34,852 nt of DNA from Neocallimastix sp. 'constans' (GCA_050613775.1 JBODTK010000154.1:372001-406852), one strand, 5' to 3'; positions 1 through 11,791 are shown, counted from the stretch's first letter. Program-made: numbers and translations. Notes: generated from the letters alone by a model not told the origin.

Positions 1-333
1 AAAAATAAAATTAAATATATATATATATATATCTGTATATTTATATATATTTATATAACTATATAAAATCATTTTAAATATTTTAATAATTAATAATAAA
101 TAATAATAATTTAAAAAAAAAATTTTTTTTCTTATATATATAAATATATATATATATTTACTATATATTTAAGTAAATTACTGAAAATAATTTTATTAGT
201 TTTAAAATTTTACAAATAAAAAAAAAAAATTACTAGAATTTTTAGTACACTTACTACTAATAATAATAATTTTAGAATATGTATTTTAAATTTTTTTTTA
301 AAAAAATATTTTTTAAAAAGTTTATTTATTAAT

Positions 334-373
<40 letters not shown>

Positions 374-529
374 AACCTTTTTTTGTTTAATATATATATA
401 TATATATATCAATTTATATATGGATAGAATAAAAAAAATAATAAAACTAATAATATTAAAAAATATATATATATATGTGTATATGTATATTATTTATTAT
501 TCATTATTTATTTTATTTAATATTTAATT

Positions 530-1651
530 GTTTATTATGTTGCCCTTTTTTAAGAATAACATTATACCTAGTTTTAGACGAAATTTTGAAAATAAAGATA
601 GGTAGCTTGATTTTTTTTTTTCGGACCTTAAGAAAAAAAGATGTATGATTCAGTTCTTATAGATAATATATTAATGAAGGTACATCACTTTGGTATCAGA
701 TCTTTATGTGGATGTAAATCCTTAGATTTCATTGATGATTTTTCATTTTATTTACCAATAAAAGAAGGAATCTTTCCTTACTTTCTTCATATTCTAGTAT
801 TTTAGAATATGAAAATTTCATAAACAGGTATATTTATATATTCCTTCTTGGTGGAATTTCAGCTTTAGATGAGCTACAATGCGATACTGGGGAAACTGGG
901 ACATTTAAGTGAACCACTCCTAAAAAAAAGTACACAGGGGTCTACGGTTCCGTATATTTTGGAGCTTGCGGAATATCTTGCTAATTACAATATCGATCAT
1001 CAGTAGCTCTCTTGAGTTAACTTTTTTTTTGAGAGGTTTAACAAAATTCACTTTCATTATCAAGAGTGCTGACGTCGTACCGATATGGCAAAAGGAATAG
1101 TGCAGTTAGAAGTCCTGTTAAATTCTTATCAATAACACCATTTATTAACAAGTACAGTTCTGAAAAAAGAACCTATAGTAAGTAATTTCAACTTTTTGAT
1201 GATCTTTCGTGTGGTTCAAGAGAAGAGTTTAGTGGGATACCATACTATCTATCTATACTTTATGATTTAATGATGTTACTTTTTTGTTTTATTATTTTAG
1301 ATTTAACTGGTGTTTATGTTAACTACACATAGTATACATCACACCGAAATTACTTTTTTTTTTTTTTTTTTAACTTTTGAAACTTATTTTTTATTTTTTA
1401 TTATATTATATTACCTTTAAATTTTCTATAATTAATTAAAAAAAAACTTTTTTTTTTTTTTTTATTTTTATTATTATTATTTTTTATTTTACATAACCTT
1501 TTACATACATTTTATTTTTTATCTTTAAATGATATAATGTATTTTTTTTTTTTTTTTAATAAATGTAATACATAAAAAATATTTTAATCTATTTAATAAA
1601 GCACTGGAAGTGTATTCTCTTCCTAGTCTAAAAAAAAAAAAAAAAAAAAAA
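530..1651 (+). mobile_element. Decayed 3' portion of a non-LTR retrotransposon (LINE copy A) with poly(A) tail
   Basis: GC-elevated stretch. Broken + strand translation has FLLGG (841-855), PYILELAEYLAN (~950-985) and IKSADVVPIWQ (~1058-1090), collinear with motifs at 3151-3400 and 11303-11550. Ends in TTCCTAGTCT followed by A22 (1630-1651). The 5' boundary is approximate. Confidence 0.65.
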
Positions 1652-2309
1652 TTGTGTTATATACTCCAACAAGATCTCAACTTAGAGGATTTGTTAAAAT
1701 TAGCCAATAAGTAAGTTAGAAATAAATGAAATGAAATTATGATATCAATAAATGTGCAAGTTTAGTGGTACGAGGGAATTTCCAAATTTCTTAATAAAAA
1801 AAAAAAAAAGATCCTACCTTTTATCTTAAAAGACAAGAGTTATCTAAAACGAATTGCTATACCTACCTAGATGTACGAGTTTTTCAAATGATTTAGAACT
1901 GAAACCTATTACAAAAAGAGAATGAATGAATGATTAATAAAAGTTAGATTAGAAAAGCACTTTATTTCAATAAAGGATTTCTTATGAATCCTCAGATTCC
2001 TATCCTTCATCAACGAATGTTATTTTTTTTTTTTTTTTGCTATAGTAGTTGGCAAAGTTTCGTATTATGCGCCTCTACTAGAATTACACAGACACTAATT
2101 TAATACAAGATTATCCTGGATTGAAGGATTATCCAATGTGAATAACTTTACATCCCTTTATTGGGTTTCTAAAGAACTAAACATTCCTCCCTCTATCTAA
2201 CGAAATGTGTCATGGCTCAAGTAAGGTGTTTTAAAAAATGGAAAATTTTCGAACTGTATTATCTCTGTTTTATTTAGAGAGATATCACGTTGTAAAAGTA
2301 ATACATAGG

Positions 2310-2358
<49 letters not shown>

Positions 2359-2389
2359 ATTTTAGTAGACAAATTTGATAAATTTCCAT

Positions 2390-2436
<47 letters not shown>

Positions 2437-3530
2437 CAATTTTAAACTTAAACTGGGATAAAGATATGACAGGAAAATCAATCAAGGCTAAAACTTATAT
2501 AAAAAAAAATAAATTTGAGAAAACTAGAGATTACTTAAAGCTCAATTTTAAGTCCACTGAATATAGCATTAGTTTCCGATGGGTACATCGTACCAGATGT
2601 GAATATAAATTCGATACTCGTGTTACTATAGCTGTCAATAGGGTTAAAAAACGACTGTCCAGAACGATGTCCTTGTTGTTATAGAGAAAATCATAATCCT
2701 CAACTGAATTCTTGTTTTTCTAAATGTTACTTTTTACCGTAAAGATAACATTTGAATGAATATCTTTTGGATATTGAAATTCTTTATGAAAAAAAAATTT
2801 TTTTTTTTTGTAATTACTAAATATTATCCAATATCAAATAGTAATGTAAACACTATTGTCATTGATATGAATACTATAGAACCAAGCAGTGATTCTGATA
2901 GTAGTAACGAAGAGTATAATAATAATAATAATAATAATAGTAATAATAATTATAGAAATAATATTGTTAATAATAGTAATAGTATTGATAGTGAAAATTG
3001 GAATATTAATATTAGTGATAGTGAAAATAATTATATAATTACTCATAAGGTAGTAGAATAGGTCAGATGGTGAAAATCATGTTAATATTATTAATTTTCT
3101 GAATAGTGAGGGTGTAAATATATAAGTGACTGTGGTACCCATTATATAACTTCCTTCTTGATGGAAGAGATACAGACATTATTGATTTAAATTATAAAAA
3201 GGAATGGAAAATGTTTTGTTTTAAGAATCAAATCATTTCTGATGATTATTTTTAAAACGACATTCTTAGTGCAATCTGTGGCTCTCTGTACAGAAATTAT
3301 GCCCAGGGCTGATATTCGACAAGGATTGTTATTTCGACGGTATAAGCGCAAACTAGTCAGGAGCGCCAACGCTGAAAATGCAGTAAGACAGACTAACAGG
3401 GTTAATGCCTCTAAAGGAGAAGATCATAATTTCTTTCAGATTGTCAATTCAAACCCTAATCCAGAATAAGAATTCCCTTTAAAACAAAGATATTATAATC
3501 TGGAGATGAGGTTCATTGCAATACAACCTT
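1651..3530 (+). mobile_element. 5'-truncated, frameshifted LINE ORF2 remnant (RT C-terminal part, Cys-rich knuckle, C-terminal tail; copy B)
   Basis: Manual translation across frameshifts gives IVLYTPT (1651-), DINKCASLVVRG (1741-1776) and DPTFYLKRQELSKTNCYTYLDV (1810-1875; YxYLG-like RT motif). It continues with IVVGKVSYYAPLL, SKELNIPP, CPERCPCC (2656-2679), FLLDG (3151-3165) and TFLVQSVALCTEIMP...VRSANAENAVRQ. This explains track ORFs 2466..2684, 2756..3061 and 3242..3469. Confidence 0.8.
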
Positions 3531-6087
3531 TTTTCTGAATTCATAAATATACTTTATTTTGAATATTACCTTTTATTTCACTTTACTATTTTAAATATTA
3601 TTATGTTCAAATTGGACAAATAACATTTATTTATTTATTTTTTTTTTTCTATTAATTGAGTGCTTTATATAAAAAATATATATATATATTCATGTAATTA
3701 ATAAATGAATAAATTAATAAATGAATAAATTAATAAAGTTAAAGTTCTCAATAATTGTGACTGTATAAAAAAAAAAAAAAAATAGTGTTAATACTTTATT
3801 TATTGAAAAGTTAATAAACACACACTACTAAACATTTAATAAAGTATTATTTATTAAAATTTAATCCAACAATACTAAAGTAATATGTAAACCCAATAAT
3901 TGCAAATATTTTTAAAAATTAAAAGAATGTAGAATAATAATAAAAACTAAATTATTTTCTTTTTAGTTATTTATCTTTTTTAAACTATTACGTAAAAATA
4001 AGTAAAAATAATATATAATTCTGAATATATATATATATAAGTATTTAGTGGAAAACCATGGATTTTTCTATGTAATAATAATTAAAATTTAAAAGATACA
4101 CCAGTAAAAAAAAAAAAAAAAAAAAAAAAGGAAAAAATGAATCAAACTAAATAGGTAATAATATACATATACATATTTATTTATTTATTGTTTTTTTATT
4201 TATTTATTAATTATTTTATTGACATACAAATATATATATATTTATATTAAATGCATTGTAATTTTATTTACTTATTTATATATATATATTTATTTAAAAA
4301 AAAAATAACAATAATAATAATAAACAAAATCATTAAAAATAAAATTAAATATTCAATTTAAATGAAAAAATGTTCTATTTTTTTTTTTTTTTATTTGAAT
4401 TTTATTTTTATACATATATATTTTTTCAAAATAATTTCTTTAATTAAGGATTCAAACTATCATTAATATCATTAATAGTTATTTTATTAAAAAAAAAAAA
4501 AAATTAAGATATACATAAATATAGATTTTTTTTATACTAGTTGTTACTCCATTAACAATTTAAATGCAAAAAAAAAACAAGAGAGATGAGTATAATTCAT
4601 CATTATATATTAAAAATTAATGACTCTTCCAAATTATTGAATTAATATTTTTCTTTTATTAGTTGTATTATGATTTTACATTTTTTTTTTTTTTTCTTTT
4701 GTTCAAAATAAATATGTATTCTATTTGAGGAAGTAAAAAAATAAAAAAAAAAATTTTAATATTAAATAATAATAATAATAATAATTATAACAATAATAGT
4801 TAATTAAATTGGTTATATATTTTAATTTAATAACTACTTAGTAATTAAAATTAATTTCAAATTTAATTTATTATAATAAATCAATTTAGAAGTTTATTTT
4901 TATTAATTTTTTTTTAAAAAATATATATACTATTGTTTTATCATAATTTTTTATTTATATATTATTTATATAATATACTATTTATATACTAATAATATAT
5001 ATAATAAAATTTTTCTATTATTCATATTTATATTTTAATATATATATATATTTTATATTTAATTTTATATTAATAATATTCTATTTTTTTTTTTTTTTTA
5101 TTTTTTTATTCTACATTAAATAACATATATATTAAATATAATATTATTTTTTTTTAGAGAAAAAAAATATAATCTAAGCTGAATGTTCCAATCGTTCTTA
5201 CCACTAATAATTGATCTATTTTAAAGTTCATTCATAAAGATATGTAGCTTTTATAAATCACCTGAAATGTTAGCTTCACTATTTAGATTTAAAATAGGAA
5301 ATATTAATTTTAATATATAAAATTAAAAAAGTTTTATAAAGTATTTTTAATAATATTAATTAATAAATATTATAATATATTATAATATATTATAATATAT
5401 TATTATAATAATAACATATTGTCATAATTAAAAAAAAAAAAAAAAGGATTTTACTATAAAAAAAATATATATATTAATAATAACATTTTTATTAATTTTT
5501 TTTTTTTAAATTATTTAGATTGGATATATTTAAATTAAATTATTCTGGATTAGGATTGAATTGACAACTTCTATTTTGATATTTTAATATTCTTAAACTC
5601 CCGAATTTCCAAACTCTAATTTTAATAAATATTTTAATTAAATGTTACACTAAAGAACTAAAGGGTCAAAATGATTATTTGTCAAAAATATAAATATCCT
5701 AAAATTTCCTTAATTGAAAATTAACATTAACAATAATTATAATAAAATAAAAAAAAAAAAAAAAAAAGTTATAATAGAAGTTCAAATATTAGTATTTTTT
5801 TTTTTTTTTTTTATTTTGCATTATAAATTTACTAGATTATATAAAAGTTTAAATATCATCAGTATTTTTTCTTTTAAAAAAAATCTTATTATATAAGTAT
5901 AATAAAGTATTTAATAATTATTGATGATAATATTTTATCAATAAAAAAAAAAAAAATAAAATAAGGTGAAATATTAATTAAATAAATAAAAAAAATTAAA
6001 ATTTTATATTAAATAATTAACATATTAACATTTAAAATATATATACATATTAATATTTAATAAAAGAAGATTGAAATAAAACTTAAA

Positions 6088-8859
6088 ATGAAGTTTAATA
6101 AATTAATTGTTTTAGCTTTTTCTACATTTTTCTTTGAAACCACTTTAGCTGTTCAATGTGGTAAAGAAAATAATGTTTCTTGTCCATCTGGCTATTGCTG
6201 TTCTCAAGAAGGTTACTGTGGTAAATCAATTGAATACTGCGGTGTTGGCTGTCAAACAGAATATGGTGAATGCCAAAAAAAATTAATTAAAAGAAAGGGA
6301 GCTGCTGCTGGTGGCGGTGGTGCTAGAAATAATAATAATAAAAATAATAAAAATAATAATAAAAACAATAATAATCATAATGGAAACAATAATAATCATA
6401 ATGGAAACAATAATAATCATAATGGAAACAATAATAATCATAATGGAAACAATAATAATAAAAAAGTTAATCCAAATGGTATCAAAAAAATTACCATTCC
6501 AAGAGGTAAAGGTTACAAATATTACATTTCTAATATCAATGAAATTCCTTTAATTCATAATAATAAGATTTCTAGTCCATTAAAAGCACTTAGTAAACAT
6601 TTATTCGAACAATGTGATACTGAAGGAGATGGTGTATTAGATTATTATGAATATAATAAGTTTAGACGAGAAATGGGACAAGAAGAAGTATATATTATTA
6701 AATTATTATATTGTTATTATTATCATTTTAATTATAATTTTATATTAGCGAGATAGTTAACTTTAAATTTCTTTTATTTTTTTTTTTTTTTTATAAAGTT
6801 TCAACACGATGGTTTCGATTTAATATCTGAATCTTTTGGTGTGGAAGCTTCAAGAAAAAATAAAAAGGGTTTAAGTTTAAAAGATATATTTGGACTATAT
6901 GAATATGAAATAAATTACGCGGGAGGTGAACAAGAAATTATTGATGGTTTAGTATACGCTTATGGTGAAGAACAAGTATTAGAATATTTCAATAATAGTA
7001 ATTATGATGATGATGATGATGATGGTGATGATGATAAGACAACTACTACTACCACTACTACTACCACTACAACCACTACTACTAGAAGAACCACAACCAC
7101 TACTACTACAAGAAGAACAACCACTACTACTGCAAGAAGAACAACTACCACTACTACTACAAGAAGAACAACTACTACCATAGAAATACCTTTAGAAACA
7201 ATAATTAGTGTAGATCGTACATGTGGTCAACAAGGAAATAAAATAGTTGTTTGTCCAGGTAATGAATGTTGTAGTATTTATGGATGGTGTGGTTCTTCCA
7301 GACCATACTGTGGAGATTGTACAGGTATGACAGCTTATGGTAAATGTGGTTGGCAATATATTGAAGAACCAGAACCAACCACTACTACTACCACTACTAC
7401 TACCACTACTACTACCACTACTACTACTACTACAGTTCCAACTACTACTACCACTACTACCACTACAACTACTACTACTACTACAGTTCCAACTACTACT
7501 ACCACTACTACCACTACAACAACTACTACTACAGTTCCAACTACTACTACCACTACTACCACTACAACAACTACTTCTACAGTTCCAACTACTACTACTA
7601 CCACCACAAATTCTAAACCAACTAGTACAAATGGTAAATGTGGTCCAAATAATAATGATACTGTCTGTCCAGACAACAAATGCTGTAGTAGAAAGGGATA
7701 TTGTGGTACTTCAGATGCTTATTGTGGAACTGGTTGTCAATCAGAATTTGGTAGATGTAATAACGAAAATACCTCCCAAAATTCTAAACCAATTAGTACA
7801 AATGGTAAATGTGGTCCAAATAATAATAATACTGTCTGTCCAGACAACAAATGCTGTAGTAGAAAGGGATATTGTGGTACTTCAGATGCTTATTGTGGAA
7901 CTGGTTGTCAATCAGAATTTGGTAGATGTAATAACGAAACTAATTCACAAAATTCTAAACCAATTAGTACAAATGGTAAATGTGGTCCAAATAATAACAA
8001 TACTGTCTGTCCAGACAACAAATGCTGTAGTAAAAAGGGATATTGTGGTACTTCAGATGCTTATTGTGGAACTGGTTGTCAATCAGAATTTGGTAGATGT
8101 AATAACGAAACTAACTCCCAAAATTCTAAAAAAATTAGTACAAATGGTAAATGTGGTCCAGATAATAACAATACTGTCTGTCCAGACAACAAATGCTGTA
8201 GTAAATATGGATACTGTGGTACTACAAGTGCTTACTGTGGAACTGGTTGTCAATCAGAATTTGGTAGATGTAATAATAAAACTACCACTACTACTAGAAA
8301 AACTACAACTAGAAAAACTACTACTTCTACTAGAAAAACTACTACTTCTACTAGAAAAACTACAACTAGTAGTAGAAAAACTACTTCTACTAGAAAAACT
8401 ACTACTAGAAAAACTACTACTTCTACTAGAAAAACTACTACAACTAGAAGAACTACTACTAGTAGAAAAACAACCTCTTCAAGAAAAACAACTACTACTA
8501 GAAAAACCACTACAACTACAAGAGAAGTTAGAGTTACATCTTATCCAGAAGGTACCTGTGGTCCAAAATATGGAAACCGTAAGTGTGGATTTGGTGAATG
8601 TTGTAGTCAAGATGGTAGATGTGGTTTCGGTTTTGACTTCTGTTTCGAAGGATGTCAAAAGAATTATGGTGAATGTGCAGGTAATGTACAAGAAAATTTA
8701 CCATCTAATAATGATTCAAATGAATTCTGTGGTCCAAAATATGGAAACCGCAAGTGCAGTTTTGGTAATTGCTGTAGCAAAGATGGTAGATGTGGTTTCG
8801 GTTTTGACTTTTGTTTCGATGGATGTCAAAGAGAATTTGGAAGTTGTGCCGGTATTTAA
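6088..8859 (+). CDS. Secreted multi-CBM18 (hevein-like chitin-binding) protein with EF-hand module; join(6088..6687,6799..8859), ~886 aa
   Basis: Signal peptide MKFNKLIVLAFSTFFFETTLA. Eight Cys-rich domains with the CG...C...CCS.xGxCG....(Y/F)C...C....G.C pattern, joined by Thr-rich linkers. The two track ORFs join in frame through a 111-nt GT-AG intron (...MGQEE|FQHDGFDLISESFGVEASRK...). No catalytic domain seen. Confidence 0.92.
6364..6459 (+). repeat. Coding 21-nt tandem repeat (NNNNHNG) x4.5
   Basis: AACAATAATAATCATAATGGA repeated perfectly four times, plus a partial copy. Confidence 0.95.
6688..6798 (+). other. Spliceosomal intron (phase 0, 111 nt)
   Basis: GTATAT donor at 6688, TTAAC branch-like site near 6757, long T tract and AAG acceptor ending at 6798. 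Removing it restores a continuous frame. Confidence 0.85.
7609..8275 (+). repeat. Four near-identical 171-nt tandem units, each encoding one CBM18 domain
   Basis: AATGGTAAATGTGGTCC recurs at 7630, 7801, 7972 and 8143 (exact 171-nt period). Confidence 0.95.
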
Positions 8860-8933
8860 ATTTGAAAATGGGTTATAATAAAACAGAAAAAAAAAAAAAT
8901 AGAAAAAAAATTCATTTCAAAATAAAATATTAG

Positions 8934-8964
<31 letters not shown>

Positions 8965-9264
8965 TAGTAATAATAAAATTTTTTAATTTATATTTAACCA
9001 TAAAAGTAAAAAGTAAAAAAAAAATTTTTTTTTAAAAAAAAAATATGTTAAATAATTAAAATTATATATATAATATAATTATAAATATAAATTATAAATT
9101 ATAAATATAAATATAAATATAAATATAAATATCACAAATAATATAATATTTATTATATGTGGAATAAATAATAAATAATAATAAATAATAATAAATAATA
9201 AAATATAAATTTAAAATATAAATAAAAAGATTAACATTTATAAAAATATAATAACCTTTTATGG

Positions 9265-9296
<32 letters not shown>

Positions 9297-9324
9297 AAAT
9301 TAATATTAATCAATGAAGAAATCA

Positions 9325-9745
9325 ACTATTTATTTCATTTTATTCAATTTGTACTCTATATTTATATTTCTACTATTTATTTTACTTTAATCAATTTGTA
9401 CTTAACAATTATATTTGTACTATTCATTTTAAACATTTATATTTATACTATTTAATATTATTTTAATCAATCTTTACTTTACATTTTATATTTGTACTAT
9501 TTTTTTTTTTTTTTTTGTTATTTCACTTTATTTTATTCAATCTGTATTTTCTTATTTATTATTCTATTATTTATATTTATATTTTATCATATTATATTTT
9601 ATTATTCTATTATTTATTTTATTTTATTAATCTATTATTTATTTTATTTTATTCAATCTGTACTTTCTATTTAATATTCAATATTTATATTCAATATTTA
9701 TTTTATTTTATTTTATTCAATCTGTATTTTATATTTAAATTGACT
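9325..9745. repeat. Degenerate minisatellite (TTTTATTCAATCTGTACTTT...ATATTTATATTTC..CTATTTA family)
   Basis: About six degenerate copies of the TCAATCTGTAC core separated by (ATTTT)n. The same unit occurs at 33985-34852. Confidence 0.8.
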
Positions 9746-10196
9746 TGACATAAAATAATTGTTTTGCTTTTTTATTATTATCGAGTAGAACAATATTGAA
9801 AAATAAGGATTCCAGCAAAAAAAAAAAAAAAAAACCTTTATATTCATCAAAAAATAAGATTAAGAATGTAAAGATTAGTTAAATTTTTTAAATTCTATAT
9901 ATATATATATATATATATATTCATATTTATATAGAAAATATAATAATTTATTAATTTTCAATATCATCATATTTTTTTTTTTTTTATTCATGTAACGATA
10001 TAGTATTCTTACACACTTTTAGTTATTATCCATCCCTAATAAGCATAAGTTTTTTGTGAACATTTTTTTTTTTTTAATAATTATATTGAAATTGAAATTC
10101 ATTCGTAACCTACCATAACATTCGGTAAAATCCATTAATGATGATGATAGCAATTGGCAATTGATAATAATGATAATGATAACAAAAGTGGTCGCA

Positions 10197-11086
10197 AACA
10201 GACAACACCTAATTCTTTTTCTTTTTGATAAAGTCCATCATTTTCATAACAATGAAGGAAATAAGGGTTATCAACAATAAAATATTGAAATAATAAATCT
10301 GGTTAAAATCAATTAAATCATCATTTTCATTATCATTAATCGAAAATGAATTACCAATATTGGTAATAAATGCTGATAATGCTAATGATATTAATTGATT
10401 CATTATCGTAATTTAAAATTTTTCTTGAACAGTAAAAATTAACTTTAAGTTTATAATACGTCATATGTAAAAATTTAAAAAGTATTTTATAAATTTAATA
10501 AAAAAATTGATAATTATAATTATTTAATACTATTTTGAAACTTTTTATTTTCTAAAATAAAAATATTTTGTTCTTAAAAATAATAAATTATTACATTTTT
10601 CTTATAAAAAACAATATTTTATTTTAAAATATAAAATTTTTACTAATTTTTTTTTTTTAAAAAAAAAAAAAAAACAATATTTTAATTTAAAAAAAAATTA
10701 TATATATATATATAAATATATAGTTTTAAAAATATATATATTATATACATTTGGAAGTTAATTCAGAAAAACTATATTTAATATATACCTTTTATTTTAG
10801 TATATAAAAAAAACATAACCATCATGTTCTCGAAAAGATTCCTTTTGTTTTTGATATATTTTTAATTATGTCACTTTTTTGGATTTATTTTATTTGAAAA
10901 ATGATATATATTATAATTTACTAAACTTATTTCTCCATTTAAATTACTATTATTTATAATTGAAATACTAATTGATTTTAACCAGATTTATTATTTCAAC
11001 ATTTTATTGTAGATAACCTTATTTCCTTCATTGTTATGAAAATGATGGACTTTATCAAAAAGAAAAAGAATTAGGTGTTGTCTGTT
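10197..11086. repeat. Inverted repeat pair, ~119-bp arms (10197..10315 and 10969..11086), ~650-bp AT-rich spacer
   Basis: Manual alignment: the arms are reverse complements with 2 substitutions and one 1-nt indel. Confidence 0.93.
10209..10403 (-). CDS. Possible 64-aa membrane microprotein (doubtful)
   Basis: Hydrophobic N-terminus, acidic spacer, one TM-like segment and a C-terminal KKKKN. No family recognised, and it overlaps the inverted-repeat arm. Confidence 0.2.
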   Translation of the reverse strand: MNQLISLALSAFITNIGNSFSINDNENDDLIDFNQIYYFNILLLITLISFIVMKMMDFIKKKKN

Positions 11087-11089
11087 GTG

Positions 11090-11757
11090 CATTATTCAAA
11101 CGAATTGAAACTCTTTACTTTTCAAAATTATTATAGCCTTATAGCCATTATATATCTCTATGAATACTGATTCAGGAATACTACCTGAATATTTTACTAC
11201 TTCATTCTTTTTATTTCATACACATATTTCCTAAATCTTTCTTCTTATTCCATCGACTTGTTTTGTATTTGGGATTATTTCTATTTCTATTTAATATGTT
11301 GTCTCCTTCTTGGCGGAAATGCAGTATTTGAAATCTTAAAGATCGGCTCGGGGGAAAGAAGGCGATATATTAATAATATTTTTCAATCACCTTCGAACGA
11401 GTCTTCTTTCCCGATTTCATATTTTGTGGGGCTTGAGGAATTCCTTACTAACGTTATGCCTATTGTGATTGGTGATTTTTACACCATGATCGATTTGTAT
11501 AGTGTTAGACCTACCGTTGTCAAGAGCGTCGACGTCGTAACGATAAGGCAAAGAAGAAATTCTGATACAGATTCGAATGATAATTTTCATCCACATGGAG
11601 TTATCTTCGATGAATGGGAAGAGTTAGAGGCCTTTTCGTCCTCGAATCTCATAACGTAGTTTTTTAATATTAATATAAAAAAAAAAAAATTTCATGTATT
11701 TAAACTTCATGTATTTTTTTTAAAAAAAAAATATTATTAAATAAAGTTTATTCCTAG

Positions 11758-11788
<31 letters not shown>
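11090..11788 (+). mobile_element. Decayed LINE 3' portion (copy C) with poly(A) tail
   Basis: Track ORF 11258..11659 has LLLGG (11303-11317), SYFVGLEEFLTNVMPI and VKSVDVVTIRQ. Nucleotide match CAAGAGCGTCGACGTCGTAACGATAAGGCAAA vs CAAGAGTGCTGACGTCGTACCGATATGGCAAA at ~1061. Ends TTCCTAGTCT + A28. The 5' boundary is approximate. Confidence 0.7.

Positions 11789-11791
<3 letters not shown>

Noticed and set aside
840..1100. Minus-strand reading (LPYRYDV..LDN, IPQAP, PPRR) shared with 11300-11550, suggesting gypsy Pol
   Set aside because: The + strand frame aligns with a third copy that is attached to LINE RT motifs, and the poly(A) tails are on +; the antisense similarity is a by-product.
1603..1630. 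Helitron 3' end (hairpin plus CTAG)
   Set aside because: The CTAG lies within the stem and is followed by TCy-poly(A), and two of the three copies follow LINE ORF2 remnants. Not fully excluded.
5170..5290. GC-elevated patch reading ICSFYKSPEML, like a kinase activation segment
   Set aside because: Too short, flanked by stops, and no other kinase motifs nearby.
7609..8275. Regularly spaced repeats resembling a CRISPR array
   Set aside because: Whole 171-nt units are repeated with no unique spacers, and they encode CBM18 domains in frame.
7335..8878. Overlapping ORFs 7337..8878 (+), 7335..7679, 8250..8510 and 8479..8691 (-), and 6311..6553 (+)
   Set aside because: Shadow frames of the repetitive, codon-biased CBM18 gene.
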